From Oikopleura dioica (lineage: Eukaryota > Animalia > Chordata): a DNA stretch of 64,000 nucleotides. This document shows positions 45,379 to 57,100 of the stretch, piece after piece. The stretch is from the NCBI GenBank assembly GCA_907165135.1, contig OU015569.1, positions 3,844,001 to 3,908,000 of the forward strand, written 5' to 3'. Numbering within the stretch: position 1 is the stretch's first letter; each line of letters opens with the position of its first letter. The position numbers and the translations under genes are program-made. The notes beneath the pieces were generated by a model. It saw nothing but the letters and a program-made list of their open reading frames with translations, did no database searches and was not told the DNA's origin.

Positions 45379-48210
45379 AGTTCGTAGAAAATTCTTGAAA
45401 ATGGCCTCAGAATCGCCCCAGGCTATGAAAAAAAGTTTTTTCCAGGTGTTTTCTAGAGTTTAGACGATGACAAAAACGGTCAAGATAATGATTTATCCCC
45501 AAGCTGAAATTTTTGTCAAAATTGAAAATTTATATTTTTTCCGACCAATATATTTTCGAATTAGAATCAAGCTTCAAGAAATCAAATTCGATAATTTAAT
45601 ACTGATCTTAAACTGTCATTATAACTGCTGGACGTCTTAGGGAAGCGTGCGTGCCCAAGCTCGCATACGCAAAAGGCAAGTTCAATACCAAAGTATTTTC
45701 CTCTTGCGGCGGCTATTACCGGCGATGACCACGTTATGTAATTAGCCGTTTTTCTTGCAAAATTAATTTTTGCAAAGCCGCCCTGAGAGTACTACAGCTG
45801 AAACGGAGCAAATAACTTTGTTCTTTTCGGCTACGGCTTTATCATTTGACTCAATTGTAGCGTAACGGCTTCAGTAATTAATATTAACTGCATCTTTAGC
45901 AGCGGAAAATAATTGACCCAAACTGCCTCCACCGTCAATTCGAGCGTTATTCGAGTTCTACGCCTCCCTCCGATCTATCGCTTCTACTGCGACTTAAATT
46001 ATTCAAAAAATCACTTCCTTAATGTAGAAATCATTCCTCCAATCAACGAGGAAGCAGACAGCTTTTGCAAAAATGACAATAGAGTTTAGCTATATCGCTT
46101 GTCTTCCAAGAAAAACTATGTGACAGCTCATTTTTCTTTCATAAGAATATATGCTCCGGGCAAATGTGAGAGCACTTTCTTTTAGATTTTTATATCATTG
46201 CGTTTCTCTTTTAATCTTCGCATTAATTGCTAAGTAAGGGGATAATGATCTGTGGACGATTATAATTTATGAACATTGGCACTTGAAAAGCGTGTCACTA
46301 AAGATGCATGTGTATAGTAGCCATGGAGGGGACAAATAAATTTCGCTTTATTGTCTCCTCTCTGCGTGAGGATCAATAGCTGTGATGTGCGTACGACGGG
46401 GCTGCGTACGCGCCGGGCGTAAAGTAGTTAGCACGGGCTGTGTCGCTAGAAAGCGCGTAGACTTACGTTTGCGAGGAGTTTTGCGCCTCGTGCTGGGCGC
46501 AACGTCGAGGCAGACGCTGCTTTGCGCTCGCAGACGAGCTAAACATCCTTCACACATTCCGTGGTTCACTCATGCTCCGCACTCATTCTCCGCATACTCT
46601 TTCTCTCTTCTCCTCGTTGATTTCTCCACTTTCTCTCTGGTGGGCGGCGTTCTTTCTCTCCTTTCTGCTCCTCTCCCGCCTGCCGGGCCACTATCCGATA
46701 ATATTGTCTATGTTCGTGCTCTTTCCTCCTATCTCGACGTTACCGACGGCGACGGCGATCGCGGCGAGGACGCTGGCGTTAGACGAATGAAAAACGAAAT
46801 AGCGTTGCTCGTCCGACTCGTCAGCCAGAAGTGGTAGAAATCAATAGTGCAATGTTGTGTACCCTTTCTACGCTCTGAGTCCAACTCTCATTAATACTTT
46901 ATCATGAAGTGCACCCGGTGGACGGCGAGTTGCCAGCCCACGCTACTCGCGGACCTGATCAAGGGTCAGATCAATTCAAATGCAATCAAGAGAGACTAAA
47001 ATGCAACATTAAAAGCTTAAGGAAACCAAAACACCCCCAACAACCCGCCCAGCCCTTCGCTCTCCTTTTTTCACCGCCTCGCCAGACCTAGAAGCTATTC
47101 AGATGCAGCATCTCACATTTAACATGCAACGCGTTCCCCTTTTCATCATTTTTATGAACGCTTTCAATACACGCTCAATTTTTGAAGGAACTTCTATCAG
47201 TTTGAGCCGTTTAATGAATTCACACCCGACAAGGACTCATTGCATTTTAACACCATTAATAATGCTCTATTATTATTCATTACTTGATACGCGCGTACTT
47301 CTAAATTAAAGAATTATGACTTCCGTACTGCATCTCATGATTATCCGAAAATCCCAAGGGAATTCTTCTATTAGAGCACAGTTATGGTCATTGCTAAAAT
47401 TCATTTTTCATAACGTAATGAATTTTATTGAGTGTAACTTATATTTTCAATCTAAGAGCTTTTCAATTTGACAATTTTATACTCAAAATTCATGATAATT
47501 ATTGTCTTTTCTCGTCTTATTGAAATTTCCTGATCCTCTGAAAACTTAAACGTCGCTGTTACCTCTCTATTCCAAGAAGTTTGTGCAGTTTTTTCTGATT
47601 TCTCTGCTGTAAGATAGCGGGGTGACAGTAGTTGAGCGTTCCGAAGGACGCATTCATCTCATCCCCTTTTCCGAGTCTGTCTTTTCCGAGCCTAGTTAGT
47701 CTGCCTGGCCCTATCTATCTCCGTTGACTGATCATTTGAGCAACTGCTCCAAATCGCTGCCCGTATTGATGAATAGTCAAAAATACCACAAATCTTTAAT
47801 CAATTTTTTAATTAAATAATTAGGTTAATTAAATAGGGCCGACGTCTACAATTCCCATTTTATTTTATTTTTAAGAGTGCGCAATAAACTACTCACTACA
47901 GGCTGTAAAATTGTATAAGCTATGAGTGGGATCTATTTTTGACCAGCGAAATTGCAATTGATTGTGAAGAAACGAAAGAAACAGTACCTGGTGTGAGTGG
48001 ACGATTTTCCTGATTGAAATGTTCCATAATCCTCGCTATCTGCTTTCGTCTTCACAGTCAGGGGCGAAAACTTCCTTCTGAATGAATTTATTAACCTGGA
48101 AGGTAACAAGATTATTCTCAAAATTAATTCATCTTGTTTATATACAATTGTAGGCCTTTTCTAGTCCAGACACATATTTTCTGCGGTAAGTGGTTTCTGG
48201 GATTTTTTAT

Positions 48211-48891
48211 GAGAATGACGACTAGGTTCGTGAGGACTAGGTTTGTGTGACTATATTCGAGGTGGGTTCTGCCAGAGTATTGAAATCGGCCTATATTTTT
48301 GGGCAATAAGGGAAATGGGTTGCTGACTAGGTTCGTGTGACTAGGTTCGTGAAATTTTAAATAGAAAAAATTGGGGCAGTAAGGGAAACGGGTTGATGAC
48401 AAGGTTCGTGTGACTATGTTCGTGAAATTTTAGATAGAAAAATTTTGGGGCAGTAAAGGAAACGGTGCTGACTAGGTTCGAGGGTTTTTGAACAAGCAAA
48501 ATGTAGGATTCTATATCCTAAATGAGTTCCCACCCCCAACCCCCTATAAGCCGCTAGGCTCTCACATTGTTAAAGCCTAACCCTAACATACAAAAATAAA
48601 ATAAACATATCAAAATCCAAATTCCACGAACCTTGTCTCACGAACTTGGTCTTCACGAACCTAGTCTTCACGAACCTAGTCCCACGAACCTTGTCTTCAC
48701 GAACCTAGTCTTCACGAACCTAGTCATCAACTCATTTTCCTTTCTGCCCCAAAATTTTTACTATTTAAAATTCCACGAACCTAGTCATCAAGGCATTTCC
48801 CTTACTGCCCCAAAATGTTGAAGATGCAAAAAATACATAAAAAAATCAAAATTTCACGAACCTAGTCCTCACGAACCTGGTCATCGGTCTC
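48211..48891 (+). mobile_element. Foldback-family copy C (681 bp)
   Basis: Ends GAGAATGACGAC...GGTCATCGGTCTC; flanks TTTTTTAT / TTTTTAT (7-8 bp TSD); central core shared with copy A. Confidence 0.85.
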
Positions 48892-51148
48892 TTTTTATCG
48901 GAAAAATTAGAAGCATCGATAATTCTTGGTAAGAAAATTTTACCAAGAAAACAAGAAAAAGGGAAAATCATGTTTGTAACTTGGTGAACCCATAGCAGGT
49001 CGCAGTGCCATGGAGTGCCCGCAAATGCAGTATTTAAAAGGTCGCAGCTTGAAATGATATGAATCATATCATATGATTTAGGATGGCCCCTAAAACCAAT
49101 CAAAGCGCAGATTTATATAATACGTAATAATTAATAAATATTATAAAAAACGATTTAAATTTTCCTACAGCATCCATGATATATTGGACGTGTCTGTCCG
49201 CTGGCGATCAACAATTTTCTGATAGTCTTTTCTTCCTTTGCCCGAATGAAAATCAGCAAGTATTTGATAGATACAAGTTATTTCCTTTGAGAGAAAAGCT
49301 AACTCAAATGGCGTTAGTATTAGCGGAAGTTTAAAAATTAATATTTCGATAGAATTTTTTCTCTGTGAATAAGAGTGACAATTAGGAGAGTATTAAGACT
49401 TGTTCATAAATAATTTGATATTTCTTTCGGCTTTAGTTGAAGTGCCGAGGGAGACGCCGCCCCGAGTAGCGCCAACAGAAGCGCCTGTCTTTGTGGTCAC
49501 CCTTCTAAACTAATAGTTTTCTTCTATGATTTCGCTTTGCCGAAATGACAAAATTATTTCTTCTCGAAATTGTTGTTTCTCGGCAAAAGCATAGATTTGC
49601 TCTTTAGCTCTCATGACCACAAAAATAAGTGTTGGTGACCAAGTCCTACACCGGCCATGGTGAATTGAACGAAATCCTATCCCAGGTATATGACATCGAC
49701 ACTTAGTGTCTGATCGCTGTCACTGTTACATGAAAAATAAATGACCACTTACGCAGACCTCATCTTTATCTACTATATATGGTTGATATCAATTAGTCAT
49801 ACGCAACTTTGTTCATAGTAAGCAAAACGTAGTAAAACAAAAATATTAATGTATAAATTGTTTGTTTATTCAAACTTGACTTGACGCATTTTTTCTGATC
49901 ACAGCGTGATTGAAATCGAATCGAAATCAGCGAGCATATAATCCCGACTTACCCGTTCGATATTATATCATGATCGAAGGATTTCGGCTTGCAGTCTTTG
50001 AATGCATCCTAAAACATATTACTCTCTTCGTTTTTCCTCTCTAATTTTACTTTGTTTTGCTTTTGAATAAGTTGATAGTCATCGTGAAAATTTTTGAATT
50101 TCTTGGAGACAAAACTTCGCAGTGATCCTTTAACGAGCTTCAGCTTTAGGAAAATTTCGACTTTTAAGAAATTTAGTTGTTTAATAATTGATTGGGACCC
50201 TGAACTCGACACACATTTCAAATTATTTCTGTTCATTGACATTCACACGAAAACGCAGCTCTGCGCCCATTTTGATTAAAAATTCATTTTTGATGAACTC
50301 GCTTAATGTGAAAAATGGGGGACTCCATTTAAAGCTGAGTCATATCGGGCTCTCGATTGAGCATTGCAGAATTAAGGAAATAGCATGATTATTTGTCGAG
50401 AATCATCTACTAACGATATAGAAAGAATATTCACACATGATGTTGCTGATCACTGTTCCTGTAATTGTTCGCACTTGAGCAAAGTACATTCATCCGCTTC
50501 CACTGACACTTCTCTTCTCTCTCTCTTTTTCTTTTCGTTACGTTTCTCTAAGTTATCAATGAGGCGAGCTCATTCAAGAAGCTCGCTGTAGTATTTGGCA
50601 TTATTCTCCATTAACCATTTAGATGTGCCACTCGAGAAAAAAGAGAAATAATTAAACATTAATTTCTTCCAATAAATAAACTTGCCCAGTCGAGAAAAGC
50701 GTAAAAATGGCTTCTCCGCCGAGCACCAGATGGCGTCCTGACGCTGTGCGCTGTGACTGAGTTTGTTGCCTGCAATGTCAGCGGCAGGCGGAAAAACTGA
50801 CTAATTGACAAGACACATAGAATAGTAAATAGAATCTGTATAATGTAATGTATTCTAATTTGTTTAACACTTGATTCGGATGGAGAGCGACTAACAATCA
50901 TAGTCGTTACAGAAATTGCAGAAGTTTAATACGATAACTATTCAAAGCGTTAAAATTCTCTTAAATAAAATGTAAAATCGAGAAACAGCGATAGAGATAG
51001 TTTGTTGGATCAAAAGTAGAATCCTTGTTCTCAGGCTTGAAGTAAATACAGGGGTCGAATGTAGATACGTACAGGTAATTACAAAGTCAGCTTCACAAAA
51101 TAAACGGTGAAAGGGTTCTTTCAAATGATTATTTTTTCTAAAGTGTTT

Positions 51149-54100
51149 TTAATTGAGGTTAAGGCACACGTCTCCGGGCAGGAGAGAAATCGAGGCAAAT
51201 AGGCGATTCTTCCACATTTCCGAGCTTTCCCCAGACAGTGCAGTGGACTCATCTCGAATGACATCCCACTTTTCAATGGGATATGTTTCGCGGTATCCAA
51301 AGAAGAGGTAAACTACAAATATGTCTTATGTCGGCAGTTGATATTTAGGTCTCTACCTGATCCGCCTATTCCTATAGATAGATGTTGCTTCCTAGGCATT
51401 TTAAGGCGATTAGCCATCAGCTGCCAGTAGCTGCTACCAGCGGCAAGGCGATAAACCCTGTCACTAGCACGTGATTCCATGGTGCCACCAAAGACGAGAA
51501 TGTCGCCGCCTACAACTGAAGCTGTTGAATCAGTTATTCCGCCATTGGGGAAGGTTGGACCCGCTCTCCATCTAAACACAATTATTGATTGCTTAGGATT
51601 TTTAGTCCGACTAACCTTCCATCTTGAAGGATTTCAACAGATGAACTTGTTCTTCTTGACCCCTCCGCACCACCAATCATGACCAATCCACGCTCAGGGA
51701 CGCTTACCATGGAGCCCTTGAGGTGGTTGTGGTCTAAGTCCGTTCGCCTGGTAAAGCGCTCGCCGTCGAAGCTGAATAATTACGGTTATTTGCGTTTTTC
51801 GTAGTTTGAGGGTGACCTGTCACATCGCTGGGGCTTGTGATACGCGGAGCAAATCCAGATTTCGCCATCGTGCTCAACGCACTGATGCTGCATGAGCTCG
51901 ATTTCGCTGCGAACAGATAGTGGATCACTTATGTGACAGTCACTGCCGCTTACTTTGCAGGGCTCGCGCAACTGACCCGGATACTATTTGAGATAAAAGC
52001 GTCCTTCAAAGAATGATCAAGCGAAAGATCAAGTCACCCGAAAAACAACGGTCAACTGTTTTTTCTTGGAATAAGATTATAACATGTTTTCTCAAATCGA
52101 AATGTATAAGTTGCGCTCGCTTTCCTTTGCGTACATCATATCGCGTGTAGTACCCTCCGATAACGAAGACCGCGTTGTCCAAGGCTGCTGTACAATGCAT
52201 CGCCAACTTTGGGAGCCTCAATGAGCTTCGCTGGAGTGCACTAAGATCGGTAGAGATGGAATTATCTGACGCGTCGAAGATAGTCATGTGTTGCATGAAA
52301 GATCCTCGGCCGCCAAGAAGCATAACTCGATCACCGAAGCAGTTATGCGTTCCACAAACTGCAACTTCTTCTGGCTTCCCATCGCAATCATTTTCACTCA
52401 TGCCCTCAAGAATCGCTGAACAAATTATTTAAATCAAACTCGACTGGGATTATGTTTTTACCTCTAGTTCTTTGAGTAATTCCAGTTCCACATGACTTGG
52501 TACAAGGCGACCAGGCACTCCATTCTCCCCAACAGCTGCAGGAACCGAGATTGCAGACTTTCTTCTGGACGTCGGATTTTTTGTGACGAGTCTAATTTTT
52601 GTTTTTATGATGATACTTTCTGTATATTTACCATGATGCCGTTTCCACAGGTAACGGAGCATTTTGACCAAGATGACCACTCATCGGCCGCAGACTCAAC
52701 ATTATCAAAGGGACCTGGCCGAGAAGCTCCAGCAAAGAATGGACCGCTGTGCCCGAGTGAGACCTAGACGTTTATTTTATGTAAGATTTGTAAGAGCTAC
52801 TCTCTAAATCACGAATAACAACCTTGCTGATCTGTGAACCGAGGTCGTCGACTCGCACGTCAATTCGTTTGATTTTTTCCTTCAAACTGTCGAAAGAGAA
52901 CTCGTTTGTCAAATTAAACAGCTTGTACGCATGTTCTATCATGGGCTACTATTTCGTCCGGACTTATTTAAAATGTAAATTTAGTGATTGAGAAATATTA
53001 AATGCTTGCGTCTCGGGGATTGTTTTTGTTATTTAATAAACTGCCCGATAATTCATTTATAGCCCAAAGCGATATTCTTCATCCTCGAGTCGAGCTTTCC
53101 AATCGGCTCCATCACATCGGGAATTAGTTTGTCGATTTCAAGCTTTATTCCATCGATTTGCGTCTAAAAGCTTTCATGAACCGATCCGTATGAAGTATAT
53201 TACTAACTCCAGAAGATGGAGTTATTTTGCATTCCGTTCCAAGACTTTCGGATTTGTCTGACTTACTTTTTCCTCAGTCTCGAGTCTCTCCATTTGCAGT
53301 TTAAGAGTAGTGACTGAATCCAGGACCTCGGCCAGATACTCCCGACTAGTGATGTTGCCTGTTAAATCATCTACTTCGTTGACAAGCTGGTCGATTTGAT
53401 ATTCCATTCGCTCGATTTTCTCTCCTAGATTGTGTCCTTGTTCTGTCTCAGACTGATCGTAATCATCGGAAATGGAATCGTCAAAGCCGTTACTCTTGGC
53501 ATAGCTCTCAATAAGTTTCAAAGTAGAGTCGATCTTCGAGTTGAACTCGCTTGTTAGCGCTGCGATCTGCTCGTTATTGATAATTTTAATCTCCTGCAGG
53601 TCCCGGCCGACTTCTGATTTGATCTGACAGAGTTAAACCAGTGCGTTGTGTTACTTATGTAAACAAGATCTTTAACCTTCCTGGTCAGCATTATTAAAAG
53701 CGTCTGCATTCGACTCTTTCAATAAATCCGTGAAATCGCTGGAGAGTTTGTCTAGTTGCGTCGATAATGTCGCCTGAACGTCATGGCGAAGGTCATGCAA
53801 ATCCTGCAAGAGCTGATCCATTCGGACGTATTCATCGAACTCAATAGCTTCGTCCGTTGCTGACATGGAGTTTCTGCTTGAACTTTGAAGAGCCGTGATT
53901 TGTTGCTCGTTTGTCTCCACACGCGTCGCAAGAACATCACGCATCTCAAAAAGATCAGAAATGGACTTTCCTATCTTGTCGAAGTCATCAACGATCGAGA
54001 TAAGTTTCGTCGTCCAGCTTCGAATCTCCCGGCGGAAATTTTCAAGTGAGTTTGTATTAGAAATAACTGAAAATAAATTTCAAGAAAAAAGTGATTCTTG

Positions 54101-57100
54101 GTCGGATATTTGACAAGGCAATTATCGGCCCTTTTTTACATTTTGACCTTCGAGGATATTAATATATATTACCTTTATCGTTCAATCTGTTAAATCTGTT
54201 TTGGCAGTCTTCACCTTGTGTAGTAACAAGGGCATTCAGTTCTGCAATTCGATCAGCGCGAGAATCCTCATTTCCTGATTCCAAGCGTATAACTGTCTGA
54301 TTGACGTGGAATAGTTGAGCAGAAATAGATTCGCGGAAGAGGTCAACGCCTCGGCGGAGGGTTTCGAACGAGGTCGAACACTGTCGGTTTAGTTTATCTA
54401 CATCGCCGTCGAGATTGTAAAGAAGTGTTCTCAAGTCGGTCGAGTTCACTTTTGCGGAACGTATGTCATCTTGAAGATCTCGAATAGTACTTTTCATAGC
54501 TTTTTAGACATAAATATTAGATTGTTGTTAAATAGAATCAAGCTATTTTATCAATTCATGTTTTTCGATTAAAAAGCCTGGCTTATGATTTGGTTGTTGG
54601 CAACTGAGTCGCTCCTTGTTGATTTCAAACTTGAAATTAGTTCTTCTAATTCTTTGAATTGACCGTTGTGAGATTCAACTTTAGAATTGAGGTCGATCGT
54701 CAATCGCGCCTGGCGATCAATTTCTGAAGAAAGCCTAGCAAATTCATCTTGCTCAGTATCGGCCAACTTAACGACGAAGTTATTGATTTCAATCAAAATC
54801 AAATAAATTGGTATACCTTGGCACGCAAGCTGTTTACAACAGTGACGAGACGAGCTTGTTGTTGAATAAGATCCTCGGTCTTCTCATGGACCATTTTCTT
54901 GAGCTGTGCGGAAGTCAGGTCGTTGCTTTCCTGCACTGCTCGTATTTTTTCCTCGAGTCGGGCAGTTCTTGACAGCTTCTCCGTGATTTCATCTATTTTC
55001 TCGTCCATCTCATCAGTGTCTTGTTCCAGTGCCAGTTGCGTCGCCACAATTTTCGTCTCCATAGCTGATCTGAGTTGAGCTAGTTTGAGCTCAACATTAA
55101 ATGTGGCTTAACAAGGGGCGACTTTTTTTAATCTTTGACGTGCAAAATGAGAACTTTGTTATTATTTGGTCCCTTGCCTAGATCTTTCATTTGCTTGTAA
55201 ATTGTCTCAAAGTCGTCGTACTTCCAGAATGTCTTATCAAGCGTATTTGACTTAATTAAACTGATCAAATTAGGCCAGTCGAATGCAGATACCTTTAAGT
55301 ACTCGACTTTCGCGGAAAGCTGTCCAATTTCGCTGGTGGTATGGGCTAACCTGTCCGACTGTTCTGAGGTAGTCTGCGTCAAAGTGTCTATTAGAGAGTT
55401 AATCTGCATGTGGGTTTTTTAGTCCAACAACGTTCGGCATCAACCCGAGAGCTCATGCTACTCTCAGTTTGTGAATATAAATGCATTTATCACGCTACGG
55501 ACTTTCTAACATTTATGAGAGCTAATGCATAATTAAACCCACTCCTTCAAAACTGCAGCATTCAGCCGTTCTTCGTAAGTTCCAGCTTGACGAGTGGCGA
55601 CTAAAGTGAGTGAGTCTAGATCAGACCGCAACGAATTCATCTTCGAAGAAACATCATTCTCACGGCGAACTGCATCCACGATAGAGCTCTGGACAGTTCG
55701 GGCTAGCGCAGTAGTGTTCTGCTTAATTTCATCATTTCGCTCCATGAAGATACTTTCTAGACGCGACAGTTCCTCCTGCAGATCTTGAATTTCCGTTTTG
55801 ATATTATCCGATAATATTGACGTTCTATTTGCAAAAATCTTCAGTAAAGTTTCGCTTCCCCGCTCATCATTAAGGTTCTTTTGTAGTTCGTCCATTTTAT
55901 CCTGCACTTTTTGTTCCAAACGGAAATCGGCAATGTCGCGAGCGTTTTTGAGTCCCTCGAATTCTTGACGCAGTCTTCGGACAGAAGAGTCAACGTTTTC
56001 TTTGAAGACGATTTCTAACGATTTCACTCGGTCGAGCTCTTGTTCGGCATCAGCGACAAGCTCTTTGAGCTTTCTGACTTCATTTTGTATCACCAGTTCC
56101 TTAGTTTCCAGTGTTTTCAATTTAGCATGCAGATATTCATGCACATGTGTTTTCGCAGATTTTGTAAATGCATCAAATGAGTTTTCCATTCTGAGCACCT
56201 TTTCAGTGAGCGCGCCCTGCTTGTCCGTTGTTTCCGAAAGCGCCAAGACTAGCTTTGAAATTCCTTCACTGAAATCATCCAGCTTTCCATTGAGTAATGC
56301 CTTGTTCATGGTAAGAGTTGCTAAAGTACCATTGAATCGGTTGAGCATCATTCGATGACCATCCATCATGTCGTCAACTCGAGCAAGTTTTTCCTGGTTG
56401 TCTTCTCGCGCTTCTAACTGCGCGTTTTCCAAGCTCAACACTCGAGTGCTCAATCGGCTGAAATCGCCGGACTGGTACATTTTTTGAAGTTCTGCTCTTG
56501 TACTTTCGGACACTGTTTTGAGCTGGTTCCTCACATCATTGTTGAGCATAATAAATTCGAGTTCTATTTTTTCACTTGCTGAGCAATGCTCGCCGACAGC
56601 TTCGATTCCGTTATTGACAGGGAGTTGGTCAGTTTTTTCAAGTCTGTCTCATACTCCGTCTTCAGCTCAAGAATCTTTTGCTTTGCATCAGAAAGAGACG
56701 AAAGGACCGTTGAATTCGACAAAGAAACAACTCGCTCGATCTTGGCCAGTTGTGCAACGAACTCCTCTCCATTTGTCATCGTTTCCATGCTCTTGTAAAG
56801 GGAGTTGAACTTTTCTTTCATCGCGTCAAGATCATTCTTATTCTGTCCTGCCACAAGTTTCAAGTTGCTCAAATTTTCATGAACTGTCATCTTGATATCA
56901 GCCAAATCGTTCGAAAGAGAAGTTGAATCTTCCGTCAATGCTTCTATTTTGACGCCCTGGTTTGTCAAATAATCATCATGACTGTCGATTTTCTTCCTCA
57001 TGTCTTCAGTCTTCGAAGCTAATAACAGGGCTCAAAATAAGTTCAAATAAAAAGTTTGTTTCTAAGTTTTTTCAAATCATACGATTGCTGTGTCAAGTCA

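Noticed and set aside
47658-47679. CTCATCCCCTTTTCCGAGTCTG resembles the 5' half of the O. dioica spliced leader as I recall it
   Set aside because: Similarity is lost over the 3' half, with no AG|GT donor or Sm site following; compatible with chance.
50009-50901. Exon-like frames downstream of the giant gene
   Set aside because: Could not be joined into a coherent frame; no recognisable domain.
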